From Candidatus Hydrogenedentota bacterium (GTDB lineage Bacteria; Hydrogenedentota; Hydrogenedentia; Hydrogenedentales; SLHB01), in the NCBI GenBank assembly GCA_963745075.1, contig CAVUWV010000012.1, positions 128,001-192,000 on the forward strand: a stretch of DNA of 64,000 nucleotides, given 5' to 3'. Positions 30,086-40,968 of this stretch are shown piece by piece (the stretch's first letter is position 1; the number at the start of each line of letters is the position of its first letter). The position numbers were made by a program, and so were the translations under genes. The notes under the pieces were generated by a model. The model did not search any database. It was not told the DNA's origin and saw only the letters and a list, made by a program, of their open reading frames with translations.

Positions 30086-30902
30086 ATGACGGACCTGTTG
30101 AGAAGAGATTTTGCCCCCATCACGGACGAATCGTGGATCGAGATCGATGAAACCGCGCGCCGAGTCTTGAAGACCCACCTGTCCGCACGTAACTTCGTCG
30201 ATTTCCATGGCCCCAGCGGCTGGGAGACGGCCGCGGTCAACGTGGGGCGAATCGATTACGAGGATAAGAAGCCCGTCGAAGGCGTTCGATGGGGCCGCCG
30301 GCAAGTTCTTCCGCTTCTGGAAGTCCGTACGGCATTTACCTTGCGTCAACTTGAATTGGACAACATCAGCCGCGGTTGCCGCGACGCAGATCTCGAACCG
30401 TTGGAAACGGCAGCTATCGCGACGGCGAACTTCGAAGAACGCGCCATCTATGAGGGCTTTGCCAAAGGCGGGTGCCGAGGTATCAAGGAGAGTGCCACGT
30501 TGAAGCCGCTGCAATTGCCAAAGGAGTCTCGAGAAGTATCCCGCGGTGGTTGCCAGCGCCGTGGAACAACTGGGGCTTGTCGGGGTGGGTGGTCCCTACG
30601 TGTTGGTGCTGGACGCCGACCATTACCATGCGCTCGTGCAAAGCACCGAAACCGGCTACCCGATTCACCGCGTCATCCGCAATACCCTGGACGGTCCTAT
30701 CGTCTGGAGCGACGCCATCGCCGGCGGTTTGCTCGCGTCAGCGCGCGGCGGCGATTTTGAACTTACCGTGGGTCAGGATATCTCCATCGGATACGAGGCC
30801 CACACCAACACAGAAATCCAACTCTACTTCACAGAATCTTTCGCGTTCCGTACCTTGGAACCGAAGGCTGCCGTGCCGCTCGTAGCGGGGACACGGCAGT
30901 AA
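30086..30902 (+). CDS. Family 1 encapsulin shell protein (Linocin M18-like), +1 frameshift at ~30530
   Basis: LLRRDFAPI...W.EIDETAR, ARNFVDFHGPSGW, ELDNISRG, EERAIYEG in ORF 30056-30760; continues in ORF 30546-30902 with GGDFELTVGQDISIGY and LYFTESFAFR. Confidence 0.93.
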
Positions 30903-31003
30903 GGGACGGACGACTTCCAGGCAAACGAACCAGCCTTTGACGGAGACCTGCCGATCTGGTCGGGTTCATTGGAAGGTGCAAAACCACAGGAGGAACTGTC
31001 GAG

Positions 31004-31375
31004 ATGAAAGTAACCGACAACACCGTCTTATTCACGGACGCGATTAACGTGATGAACGAAGCTATTAAGCAAAACCAGGATCGGTTTCCGTACAAGCAAA
31101 TAATCGGCGCGACGGAAGGCGTTGCGGAAGGACGGAAGGTTGGAGTCGCCGTGTATGCGGACGATCCGGCCACCCCTTATGATTATTACACCGTCAGCTT
31201 CAAAAACGGTCAAATCGAGATTCTCAGTCACGGTAAGGAAGAACCGGAAATCGCGTGGAAGGTTCCGCGCGGCTACCTGGAGGAAGTGACGGAACATTCC
31301 GAACAGTATAAGCAACACCCTGCAAAACTGGACTGGGATTGGTTGCTCGCGCGCTTAGGTATCACGGGCCCGTGA
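31004..31375 (+). CDS. Hypothetical protein (possibly SCP2-like fold)
   Basis: 123-aa ORF, AGGAGG RBS, C-terminal HPAKLDWDWL. Confidence 0.7.
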   Translation: MKVTDNTVLFTDAINVMNEAIKQNQDRFPYKQIIGATEGVAEGRKVGVAVYADDPATPYDYYTVSFKNGQIEILSHGKEEPEIAWKVPRGYLEEVTEHSEQYKQHPAKLDWDWLLARLGITGP

Positions 31376-31598
31376 CGCGTGTCGAGTCCTTTCTTCAATC
31401 CGCCTCACGAGGGGTGATTGACCCATAGATTCCGACCCTACACCGGTCGCGAGTGTGATATCGCGTGTGTAGCGCGAACATTCGCGGCCGTTCTTTTTTG
31501 TCCCTTTTCCTTCCATCTTGCGGCCTCATTTTGAGCCGGGACTCCGTCGTGGTATAAGAGGGGTTCTGTTCACAATTTGAAATGCAAAGGTGACTGAT

Positions 31599-33422
31599 AT
31601 GCGTAAAGTGTTCCCAGCCCGTCCCTGGCGCGCGTGCCTGATCACGCTAGTGTTGCTGCTTGCTTTTGCGCCGTTGGTGGCCGAAGCCGAGAAGCCAGCT
31701 TTTCTCCAGGACAAAATTCCCATGCGGGACGGGGCCTGGTCCAACGACGCCGATAAGTTCAGCTTTGCCATTCTGGGTGACAAAACGAGCGGGGGAGAGG
31801 GTAAGTGGCCGATCTACGATCGCGCCGTGGAATCTATCAACCTGCTCGACCCGGATTTCGTGATTACCGTCGGCGACATGATTCCCGGCCACATGGAAGA
31901 GCGCGCCAAGTGGGATGCGGAGTGGGCGGAATACAACGAACACGTGCAGCGTGTAGACGCTCCCGTGTTCTTTACGGTCGGCAATCATGACATTGCCAAC
32001 CTGCAGTGTTATGAGTTCTGGCAGGAGGATCTCGGGAGGACCTATTATTCCTTCGACTACAAGAACTGTCATTTTCTGGTCCTCAACACGGAAGAAGAGC
32101 GCTTCGACGGCCGCGGCCCGCGCTGGGAAGCGATGATGACTTTCGCCGAAGCGGACCTCGCGGCACATTCGGACAGCCGTCATACGTTCCTTTTCTTCCA
32201 CAAACCCATGTGGGACGATCCCCGTTTCCTCCGCGATTGGGCGCGTCTCGAGAAAGCGTTGAAGGGACACCCGTTCACGGCGGTTGCCGGTCACGAACAC
32301 TACCAGATGACCGAGCGGCACAACGGCAACTTGTACGTCGTGCAAAGCGCGACCGGCGCCGGCATCCACTTGAGTGACGTAAGGGAATACGGCTGCTTCC
32401 ATAGTTTCGGTTTCGTCACGGTTGATGGGGACGACGTGAGCTACGCACTCGTCGAGCCGGTCGGCGGCATCTGGCCCGTCGACATTGCGCCCGCGTCGTT
32501 TCGCCGAGGGATCGTGTTTGACATGCTCATGTTGGACGCGGCCATGCCCGAAGGGCTCGGCTCTCCGACGGTGACCGTAATCGCGACGTTGAATTTCCAC
32601 AATGTACTCCCGAAATCGGCCGTTGTACGCGCGATGATCGAACCGCTTCAGGCCTGTGGTTGGGAGCCGGTCGTGACGCCAGATTCCGGCTGGAAGATCG
32701 ACGAAAAAACCGCGTCGATTGAACGCGCCCTCGAACCCGGTGAGAAATCGACGGCAAAGATTGAGTTTACCGTGCCCGCCGATCGAGTTTCCTTCCCACC
32801 GCGCGTAGATGAAACCGTCGAATACGCGGGCCATGAACTCACGAAAGAAAGCCGACGCATGGAGGAGGTCGACGTAATACCCATTTACCCGGCGGATACC
32901 GTTAAAGCTATCCCGGCTTGGCAAATCGTGGGGCCCTTCTCTCTCGGCCCGATCGACACCAGTTTCCTGCCGGACGATCCGGAGAAGGCAAATGCCAACT
33001 TTTTCAAACGATTCGGACCGGAAGACGGGTACGACGCGTCGCGGGTCTACGAAGACGGGTTGGCCTGGCATCCCTGCGACCCCTTGCCGAATGGCTTGTT
33101 GAACTTCAACGCGCTCATGGGCACGACCGACCTCGCGTGCGCCTACGCCCTCTGCGGCGTATACAGCCCGGTCGACCAACTGGTTCATGCGACGGTCTAT
33201 GCGGATAACTTTGCCCAGGTATTTCTGAATGGGGCGCTAGTCGAGGAGGCCCAAAACTTCGGCGCACCCGGTGGATTTGTCTACGTGCCGCTGAACCTGC
33301 ATCGGGGATGGAACGCGGTCACGGCGAAACTGATCAACAACCGTGCCGACTGGTTCCTACGGTTCCTGATTGCGGATCCAAAGGGCAACCTGAAGTTCGC
33401 GGATCACGCGCCTCTCAAGTGA
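31599..33422 (+). CDS. Secreted calcineurin-like metallophosphoesterase with C-terminal beta domains
   Basis: LGD, VGDMI, GNHD, FHKP, AGHEH motifs; signal peptide. Confidence 0.85.
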   Translation: MRKVFPARPWRACLITLVLLLAFAPLVAEAEKPAFLQDKIPMRDGAWSNDADKFSFAILGDKTSGGEGKWPIYDRAVESINLLDPDFVITVGDMIPGHMEERAKWDAEWAEYNEHVQRVDAPVFFTVGNHDIANLQCYEFWQEDLGRTYYSFDYKNCHFLVLNTEEERFDGRGPRWEAMMTFAEADLAAHSDSRHTFLFFHKPMWDDPRFLRDWARLEKALKGHPFTAVAGHEHYQMTERHNGNLYVVQSATGAGIHLSDVREYGCFHSFGFVTVDGDDVSYALVEPVGGIWPVDIAPASFRRGIVFDMLMLDAAMPEGLGSPTVTVIATLNFHNVLPKSAVVRAMIEPLQACGWEPVVTPDSGWKIDEKTASIERALEPGEKSTAKIEFTVPADRVSFPPRVDETVEYAGHELTKESRRMEEVDVIPIYPADTVKAIPAWQIVGPFSLGPIDTSFLPDDPEKANANFFKRFGPEDGYDASRVYEDGLAWHPCDPLPNGLLNFNALMGTTDLACAYALCGVYSPVDQLVHATVYADNFAQVFLNGALVEEAQNFGAPGGFVYVPLNLHRGWNAVTAKLINNRADWFLRFLIADPKGNLKFADHAPLK

Positions 33423-33655
33423 ATCGCGTCTAGCCCACATTTCTCACCGCCTGAAAGACTTCGTATTGCGGAGCGTGGAAGAATTCCAGACTGGCGGTTG
33501 CGCTATCTTCCCTCGGCAGAAGCACTTGTGATCTTCTTCTCGACAATCTACATAGCTGTTGATATAATCAATAGGCAAGGTGATCGGTTAGAAGCAGCAG
33601 GTATCAAGTCAACGAGGCTCTCGGCGGGGGGACCGCGTCTCAGGGAGAGTCATCC

Positions 33656-34717
33656 GTGTCGGCAAAGGGTGACCCGGATAGCGCGCGCGATCTCTACGAG
33701 CTTACCCAAAGCCCGGAAATACTCTACGGGATTTTCGAGTTTGCTCCCGACGCAATCCTCCTCGTGGATTCCGATGGCCGAATAGCCAAAGCCAACGCGC
33801 AGGCATTCAGGATGTTTGGTTACGAGCGCGACGAGTTGGTCGGTGAACTGGTGGAAGTTCTCGTTCCGCAGCGCTTGGCCGATCGCCACGTCGGGTATCG
33901 CTCCGGCTATGTTTCCTCCCCGCGTACGCGTCCGATGGGGGCCGGGCTCGAACTCTTTGGAAAGAGAAGAGACGGCACCGAGTTCCCTGTGGATATCATG
34001 CTGAGTCCCTTGGACACTCACGAGGGCCGCCTGGTGCTTGGCGTCGTCCGCGATGCTACCGAGCGCAAACGGATGGAAGCGGAGGCGCTCCGGGTGCGCG
34101 AGACGTACCTCAAAGAGGTTCACCACCGGGTAAAAAACAACCTGCAAGTGATCTCCTCGTTGCTTTTTCTACAGTCCGTGCACAACCCCGACCCGAACGT
34201 CCTCGAAATCCTCAAAGAAAGCCGGAACCGGGTAAAGTCCATCGCGCTCATCCATGAAAAGTTGTATCGCTCCTCCGGCCTGGTCCGGCTCGATTTCTCG
34301 GAATACGTGCGCGATCTCGTATCGGATCTATTTCGGACCTACGGCATGGATCAACGCGGAATCACCGTGGATATTCGCGTCGAGGACATTGCCCTGGAGA
34401 TCGACACGGCGATTCCCTGCGGGCTTATCGTCAACGAACTTGTCTCGAACGTGCTCAAGCACGCGTTTCCCAGCGGACAAGAGGGGCGTGTGCTTATCGA
34501 ACTCGTTCCCAATGGCCAACGACGCTTTAGTCTTCTCGTGGAAGACAATGGCGCCGGTCTGCCTTCCGATCTTGATTGGCGCACGAGCAGTTCCCTGGGT
34601 TTGAAGCTTGTAAACGATCTCACACGGCAATTAGACGGCACCATCGAGGTGGATACGACCCGAGGCACGGCATACCGGATCGTCTTTCATGAAGTGCAGT
34701 ACAAGGAACGAGGATAA
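33656..34717 (+). CDS. PAS + HisKA_2 sensor histidine kinase
   Basis: PAS (APDAILLVD..G.I, RRDGTEFPVDIMLS), EVHHRVKNNLQ, NELVSNVLKHAF, DNGAG, SLGL. Confidence 0.93.
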   Translation: MSAKGDPDSARDLYELTQSPEILYGIFEFAPDAILLVDSDGRIAKANAQAFRMFGYERDELVGELVEVLVPQRLADRHVGYRSGYVSSPRTRPMGAGLELFGKRRDGTEFPVDIMLSPLDTHEGRLVLGVVRDATERKRMEAEALRVRETYLKEVHHRVKNNLQVISSLLFLQSVHNPDPNVLEILKESRNRVKSIALIHEKLYRSSGLVRLDFSEYVRDLVSDLFRTYGMDQRGITVDIRVEDIALEIDTAIPCGLIVNELVSNVLKHAFPSGQEGRVLIELVPNGQRRFSLLVEDNGAGLPSDLDWRTSSSLGLKLVNDLTRQLDGTIEVDTTRGTAYRIVFHEVQYKERG

Positions 34718-34721
34718 GACG

Positions 34722-37127
34722 ATGTCAGCTCCAAGAATTCTTGTTGTTGATGACGAAATCATCATCGCACGGGAGGTGGAAGCGCGGCTCAACTCCATGG
34801 GGTACGTCGTTCCTGGTATCGCGTCGTCCGGTGAAGAAGCGGTGCGTTTGGCCGCCGAATACAAGCCGGACCTGATCCTGATGGACATTGTCATCAAAGG
34901 CGACATGGACGGGATCGAGGCCGCCGAAGCGATCCGTCGCGAGTTTCACGTCCCGGTCATCTACGTCACCGCGTACACCGATGAAAAGACATTGGAGCGA
35001 GCGCGGTTGACCGAACCGTTCGCCTACCTCGTCAAGCCGTTCTCCGAGCGCGAACTCAAAGCCAATATCGAAATGGCGCTCTATAAGCACCGCATGGAAG
35101 CGCGGTTGCGGAAAGTGGAACGCTGGTTGACCGAAGCCGTCGACGAAATGACGCACGCTGTCATTGCCGCTGATTGCGAAGGTCGCGTTACCTTCTTCAA
35201 CCAGGGCGCGGAAGCGATCACCGCATGGAAGCGCGAGGAGGCGTTGGGGCGTAGTGTCCACGAAGTGTTTCGGCTCATCAGTCGGAGCAGCGGCGTCCCG
35301 GTCGAATTGCAGACCGCAGCAGAAGGACCATTGGTGTACTTCTCCGAGGACACGGCACTGCTCGATCGTTCGGAAACAGCGGTTCCCGTCGAAAACACGA
35401 CAACCGTATTGCGGGACAACGACGATCGGCCGGTTGGAACGGTGTCCGTGTTTCGGGATCCCACCGGTACCCGATACGGATCGATTGCCGCGCTGAACGC
35501 GGATATCTCCCTGGCGGTTTCCCAGTCGTTAACGCTTCAGGGGATGCTGCAAATGTGTGCGGAGTCAGTCGCGCAACGTCTCCATGCCCCTTTCGCCCGC
35601 GTGTGGACCCTGGACACAAAGGGTACGACCCTGGTCTTGCAGGCCAGCGCCGGCTTGTATACGCATCTCGATCGGGAACACAGCATGATTCCTGTCGGTG
35701 AGTCAGCGATCGGTCGCATCGCATCGCGACAGGAACCGCACTTGACGAACGATGTCTTGAACGATCCCGATATGAGCGATCGCGAGTGGGCTCGCCGTGA
35801 AGGAATGGTTGCGTTTGCCGGGTATCCCCTCGTCGTGGACGAGCGATTGCTCGGCGTTATGGCTGTGTTTTCGCGCACCGAACTGCCGGTGTCCACTTTG
35901 GCGGCGCTTGAGACCATCGCCCACAACCTATCCGTAGGGGTCGAACGGAAGCGACTCGAAGAACAACTTCGGCAGAGCCAAAAGGGGGAAGCTCTGGGAC
36001 AGCTTGCGGCCGGCGTCGCGCACGATTTCAACAACTTACTCACGATCGTCGCCTCATGCAGCGATATGCTCCTGACATCGGAATGCGTGAATCCGGAGGA
36101 TAAGGCGTTGATTCGGGAAATCGAACAGGCCGGCACGCGCGCTGCCTCCCTGACTCGTCAACTCCTGGCGTTCAGCCGGAAACAAGTCGTCGAGCCCACG
36201 GTCTTGCGACTGAACGATGTCGTCGGAAACATTGAAAGAATGCTCCACCGGCTAATCGGAGAGGATATAGCGCTTTCGACACAACTCGATCCTAAATTGA
36301 AACCGATTATCGCCGATGTGGGACAAATCGAGCAGGTCGTGTTAAACCTCGCGCTGAATTCGCGGGACGCGATGGAGATGGGCGGGCAACTGACCATTGA
36401 AACCGGGAATGTTGTGCTGGACCGCGACTATACCCAGGCGAGGCCCGAACTTGCCACGGGTAATTACGTGATGATTGCGGTGTCGGACACGGGGTGTGGC
36501 ATGTCCCCGGAGGTGTTGGACCGCGTGTTCGAACCCTATTTCACGACCAAGGAGCCGGGCAAGGGCACCGGGCTCGGGCTCGCCACGGTATTCGGCATTG
36601 TTAAGCAATGGGGCGGCCACATTTCCGCGTACAGCGAACGGGGCGTCGGCACCACGTTCAAGGTCTATTTTCCGGAAGGAACCGGGGAACAGACGGCGAG
36701 CGCGGCCGAATCCCAGGGTTTGGACCTTCCTCGCGGCGACGAAACGATTCTCGTCGTCGAGGACGATGAAGCGGTCCGATCACTGACCTGTCGCGTTCTT
36801 CGAATGTGTGGGTATACTGTCCTCGAGGCCGGAAGCGGGATGATGGCGTTGGGCGTCACCCAGAAGCACAAAGGGCCAATCGATCTGCTGTTGACAGACG
36901 TGGTCATGCCCAATATGGGTGGACGAAGCCTCGCCAAACGAATCGCAAAAGCGCGCCCCGCGTGTCAGGTGCTATACGTGTCAGGCTACACGGACGACAC
37001 GGTCGTGCGGCACGGGATTCTACGCGCCCACTCCTCGTTCTTGCAGAAACCATTCACGCCTCGTGCTTTGGCGGAGAAAGTGCGTGCGTTGTTGGACAAT
37101 CGGAGTCCCGACCCAGGACGAAACTGA
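34722..37127 (+). CDS. Hybrid sensor kinase REC-PAS-GAF-HisKA-HATPase-REC
   Basis: ILVVDDE/ILMD, GAF (FAGYPLV), AHDFNNLL, DTGCGM, GKGTGLGL, C-terminal LLTDVVMP. Confidence 0.93.
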   Translation: MSAPRILVVDDEIIIAREVEARLNSMGYVVPGIASSGEEAVRLAAEYKPDLILMDIVIKGDMDGIEAAEAIRREFHVPVIYVTAYTDEKTLERARLTEPFAYLVKPFSERELKANIEMALYKHRMEARLRKVERWLTEAVDEMTHAVIAADCEGRVTFFNQGAEAITAWKREEALGRSVHEVFRLISRSSGVPVELQTAAEGPLVYFSEDTALLDRSETAVPVENTTTVLRDNDDRPVGTVSVFRDPTGTRYGSIAALNADISLAVSQSLTLQGMLQMCAESVAQRLHAPFARVWTLDTKGTTLVLQASAGLYTHLDREHSMIPVGESAIGRIASRQEPHLTNDVLNDPDMSDREWARREGMVAFAGYPLVVDERLLGVMAVFSRTELPVSTLAALETIAHNLSVGVERKRLEEQLRQSQKGEALGQLAAGVAHDFNNLLTIVASCSDMLLTSECVNPEDKALIREIEQAGTRAASLTRQLLAFSRKQVVEPTVLRLNDVVGNIERMLHRLIGEDIALSTQLDPKLKPIIADVGQIEQVVLNLALNSRDAMEMGGQLTIETGNVVLDRDYTQARPELATGNYVMIAVSDTGCGMSPEVLDRVFEPYFTTKEPGKGTGLGLATVFGIVKQWGGHISAYSERGVGTTFKVYFPEGTGEQTASAAESQGLDLPRGDETILVVEDDEAVRSLTCRVLRMCGYTVLEAGSGMMALGVTQKHKGPIDLLLTDVVMPNMGGRSLAKRIAKARPACQVLYVSGYTDDTVVRHGILRAHSSFLQKPFTPRALAEKVRALLDNRSPDPGRN

Positions 37128-37283
37128 CGATCGACGAATGATTGCTCCGGTCTCGATGCGTAGCAGCCTTCCAAGCGCCGCGTTATCGATGGTCCGGGAC
37201 GTAACGTAGTCCCGGCGGCGATACGTTTGCACAGGGATCCATCTTCGTCGCATACGCACAACATCAGCGCTTTCCGTCCTGTG

Positions 37284-38594
37284 TCATTCCCCCGCCGGCA
37301 ACGGGCGGACGTGGGGGAGTTCCGCCCGAAAGTCGCCCAAACTCGACCAGTACAGGTGCTTATCCAAATCGACCTCGGCTACCGTCACCGTGCCCCATTC
37401 CTTGGCCTGCGCGATGACCTGTCCTTCCCGATCGAACACGCCCGTGATCATCCAGTGGGAACTCACGTCCGTGTAGGTGCTGCTCACAACAAAAACGTGG
37501 TTCTCGCACGCCCTTGCCGCCGCCAGCATGGGATTGCACCCCGCTACGGGGAACGCGATGACTTCCGCGCCGCGATTGGCCAGTTCCCGGGCGACCTCCG
37601 GGAAGAATCCGTCATAGCAAATCATCATACCGACCTTGCCGAATGCCGTATCGAACACCGGATACTCGTGCCCCGGCATGATGCCCATGTCGACTTCCGT
37701 TCGCGGGAGCGTAACTTTCCGGTACTTGCCCACGATCGCTCCCTGGGGATCGATCAAGACTGCCACGTTGTAGATCAGGTGTCCTTCCCGTTCGACCAAT
37801 CCGACGACAAGATACAAACCATACTGTTTCGCCAGCGACCCGAAGTATTTCGTCGACGGTCCCGGGATCGGCTCCGCCACGTCCAGGTACGTCAAACCGT
37901 TGTTCGTGCACGTCAACGTTTCCGGCAACACGACGAGGTTGACATCCTGCGCCGCGGCCTCCGCAATCAACGGTGCGAACTGCTCGCAATTCTCCATCGT
38001 CGTCGTGCCGCCCTTCGGCGTGTAATGAATCGCCGCCAGCCGCACCTTCCGGCTCTTCGGCGGATCGCACGGCGTCAGCGATACGTGCCGCCATTCCGCC
38101 TCTGCGTTCGCCGCCCAGCGAAGGTGAAGTTCCACGATTGCCTGGGTCGCGTGTGACGGCGCCCGATACACCTCCGAGATCTCCGTCCACCCGTCTGCAT
38201 CCGTTTCGCGGTCGCTTGGATACTCCGGTTCCGCCAGCGGCGGCACCCCGCCTGCAAACGTGTTTGCCCCGGGTTCATCCCGATCCACAGGTTTCCCATC
38301 TTCATCTCGCCAGAGAATCCGTGCCACCGCACACCGCCGCGGCAACGTCACATTCGTCAACTTCCGACTTGCCGAGAATTGGTAGTACTGCCCACCCTCG
38401 ATAGGAAACGTTTTCACCCAGCGCCCATCCAATCCTTCGCGGTCGTCCGTACGGATACTCAAATGGACCGCATCGCCAACAGTCGCCAACGTAAACTCCG
38501 GCCGCGTTTCATCACGGATAGCGCTTGAGTGCCAAGCGGTCGCAGTTGGAGAAGCGGCAATGCTAACGGTGAGAGCGAAAAGGAATGTCGACAT
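37284..38594 (-). CDS. Secreted carbon-nitrogen hydrolase (nitrilase superfamily) with N-terminal CBM-like domain
   Basis: Glu-Lys-Cys triad motifs VLPE, YRK, ICYD; ARACEN. Confidence 0.88.
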   Translation of the reverse strand: MSTFLFALTVSIAASPTATAWHSSAIRDETRPEFTLATVGDAVHLSIRTDDREGLDGRWVKTFPIEGGQYYQFSASRKLTNVTLPRRCAVARILWRDEDGKPVDRDEPGANTFAGGVPPLAEPEYPSDRETDADGWTEISEVYRAPSHATQAIVELHLRWAANAEAEWRHVSLTPCDPPKSRKVRLAAIHYTPKGGTTTMENCEQFAPLIAEAAAQDVNLVVLPETLTCTNNGLTYLDVAEPIPGPSTKYFGSLAKQYGLYLVVGLVEREGHLIYNVAVLIDPQGAIVGKYRKVTLPRTEVDMGIMPGHEYPVFDTAFGKVGMMICYDGFFPEVARELANRGAEVIAFPVAGCNPMLAAARACENHVFVVSSTYTDVSSHWMITGVFDREGQVIAQAKEWGTVTVAEVDLDKHLYWSSLGDFRAELPHVRPLPAGE

Positions 38595-38832
38595 AGGCTG
38601 AGAATCCCAGAACTCAATAACTGGTAGATTACCTTACGTGTTCACATGGCCGAGGTCAACAACAAGAGGAGGAGCAGGCAAGTCTCTACGTGCACGCTTG
38701 CGAAGCAAGCCACGAAAAGTCTATTGGAAGGGGCGCGGGAGACCCTTTTCTGCCGAGAAAAGGTTCCCCCGCCTTTTTCTCGTTCCTACCGTTCCCGTCC
38801 AGACGCTCAGACCGCCAGAGGGCGTATGCCGG

Positions 38833-40968
38833 TCACGCGAATGACGCGTTTAACGGGAGAATCTCCGGTGGCTTCCCCGTCGCTGCGAACATGGCATTGG
38901 CAATCGCGGGCGCAATCGCAATCATGGGCGTTTCTCCAGCCCCGACCGACGGCAAATCTGTCCGGTTTAAGAGCACGACGTCGATCTGCGGCACGTCCTT
39001 GAATCGCGGCACCTCGTAATCCTTGAATCGCGGGTTCAGTATCTTGCCGTCTTTGAAGGCAATCGCCTCGCGCAACGCCCCGCCCAGACCCATTACGATG
39101 CAGCCTTCTACTTGAGCGCGAAGGTTCTTGGGATTCACAATCGCCCCGCATTCGAAGGCCTCGCACACGCGTTTCACGACAACCTTCTTCGCATCCGTAT
39201 CAATCGCGATCTCCACGCAAGCCGCCACGTATGACCCTTTCTCCGTCCCACACGCGAGGCCATAGACGGCGTCGTCCGGACTCTCGCTCCACTTGAACGC
39301 TTTCGTGGCCGCGTTCAGGACATCCTTCAGCCGCTGCTCCTTTATGTACTTCAACCGGAAGGAGAATGGGTCCTGACCCACTGCGGCCGCGATACGATCG
39401 ATGAAGGCTTCGCGCGCAAAGTTGTTGGCCGGGGCCGCGAGTGCCCGGTAGGAACCTTCCCGCAACGGCGACTCGCAGGGCTGAAATCGAATCCGTTGGT
39501 TCGGAAATGCATAGGGGCAGTCGATGCCTGCGCCGCCCGAATTGTAGTTGGTGAAGTCCCACGCCGTAACGGTACCGTCGGCATCCACCGCGGCCGCGAT
39601 CTCCAGCACCCCGGCCGGCCGGAAGTAGGCCCACGTGAACTCCTCTTCCCGCGTCCAGAAGACCGCCACCGGTTTCTCGACGGCTTGGGCGAGTCGCGCA
39701 GCTTCTACCGCCGCATCGCCGCGATGTTTCCCGCCAAACCCGCCGCCACAATCGGGTTGAATGACGCGGACCTTGGATTCGGAAATGCTAAAGGCCTCCG
39801 CCAACTCGCTCCGCACGCCGAACGGCACTTGCGTACCCGTCCAGACGGTGACCTTCCCATCGTTCCACTCGGCGACCGCCGCACGCGGTTCCAGGGGCGT
39901 ATGTTGGATGTACGATACGCCGTACGTGCCCTGAACCACCTGCTTTGCCCGCGCCATCGCTGCGTCCACGTCACCGTCCGTTTGCTCACGCACACCATTT
40001 CGGCCGGAACCGTTCTGTGCATTCTCTTTCAGATACTGGAACAAATCCGCGCTGGACGGATTCGGCACAGCATCCCAGTTTGCCGATGCCGCCAACATAT
40101 CCAGGGCCTGTTGGGCGGCGCGACTGTTTGGCGCGGTTACACCAACAAAATCGCCGTCTCGCACGACGGATACGCCGGGCAATTTCTTTGTCGCGGCCGT
40201 ATCGACGGATATGAGCTTTGCGCCATACGACGGAGGACGCAGGATCTTCCCATACACCATTCCCGGCCGCCGAATGTCGTAGGGGTATTGATGCGCACCG
40301 GTCGCGATCGCGCGCGAGCCCACCTTCATCACGGGCTGTCCCATGGTTTTCCACGCGTTTGGTGAGGTCAACGCCGCGTCGCCGCGCTCCACATTGGACA
40401 ACGCGTTGTCCACGCCCGACACGGCAGCGACCAGTTCCGCAAGATTCATGGAATGCCCGTCGGGGTGTGCGATCGCGCCCGCTTCTACGGTCGCCTTGTC
40501 CGGGTCGGCGTTCCAATGCTTGCAGGCCAACTCCACGAGCAATTCCCGCGCGGCCACGGCTGCGTTTCGTATGGTGGGAATCGTGCGCGGCGTCGTCTGG
40601 CTGCCGTAGGTGCCGCCATCATCGGGAACCTGGTCCGTGTCGCCCATGACCAAGCCCACCTGCTCGAACGGGAGGTGCAACTCTTCCGCCGCCGCCTGAC
40701 CGATTTCCGTGCGCGAACCCTGGCCCACTTCCACCTTGCCGGTGAAAACCGTCACGCGACCGTCGGCGTCGATGTGAAACCGGCTGACGCCCGGCGCATC
40801 CTCGTGGCTTCTGCGTTGGGCAAAGGCGATACCGCCCGTCGACGTGATCAGCAACCCCGTGCCCACCACCTGAACGAAAGCTCGCCGCGAGAGGCTGAAC
40901 TGATACCGTGGCGCCTCCGTGAATTCGTACCGTTCAGGTTCCATGGAGTCGATGTCATGGTCCATCAT
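38833..40968 (-). CDS. Molybdopterin oxidoreductase large subunit (isoquinoline 1-oxidoreductase beta-like)
   Basis: GKVEVGQG, AAEEL, GGGFGGK, QVEGCIVMGLG, GAGE. Confidence 0.9.
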   Translation of the reverse strand: MMDHDIDSMEPERYEFTEAPRYQFSLSRRAFVQVVGTGLLITSTGGIAFAQRRSHEDAPGVSRFHIDADGRVTVFTGKVEVGQGSRTEIGQAAAEELHLPFEQVGLVMGDTDQVPDDGGTYGSQTTPRTIPTIRNAAVAARELLVELACKHWNADPDKATVEAGAIAHPDGHSMNLAELVAAVSGVDNALSNVERGDAALTSPNAWKTMGQPVMKVGSRAIATGAHQYPYDIRRPGMVYGKILRPPSYGAKLISVDTAATKKLPGVSVVRDGDFVGVTAPNSRAAQQALDMLAASANWDAVPNPSSADLFQYLKENAQNGSGRNGVREQTDGDVDAAMARAKQVVQGTYGVSYIQHTPLEPRAAVAEWNDGKVTVWTGTQVPFGVRSELAEAFSISESKVRVIQPDCGGGFGGKHRGDAAVEAARLAQAVEKPVAVFWTREEEFTWAYFRPAGVLEIAAAVDADGTVTAWDFTNYNSGGAGIDCPYAFPNQRIRFQPCESPLREGSYRALAAPANNFAREAFIDRIAAAVGQDPFSFRLKYIKEQRLKDVLNAATKAFKWSESPDDAVYGLACGTEKGSYVAACVEIAIDTDAKKVVVKRVCEAFECGAIVNPKNLRAQVEGCIVMGLGGALREAIAFKDGKILNPRFKDYEVPRFKDVPQIDVVLLNRTDLPSVGAGETPMIAIAPAIANAMFAATGKPPEILPLNASFA

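Noticed and set aside
30520..30545. Programmed frameshift in the encapsulin gene
   Set aside because: No slippery heptamer, and similar indels in unrelated genes point to sequencing error.
38728..38773. Imperfect hairpin between the Mo-enzyme and C-N hydrolase genes
   Set aside because: Single copy in the window; cannot tell a terminator from a REP.
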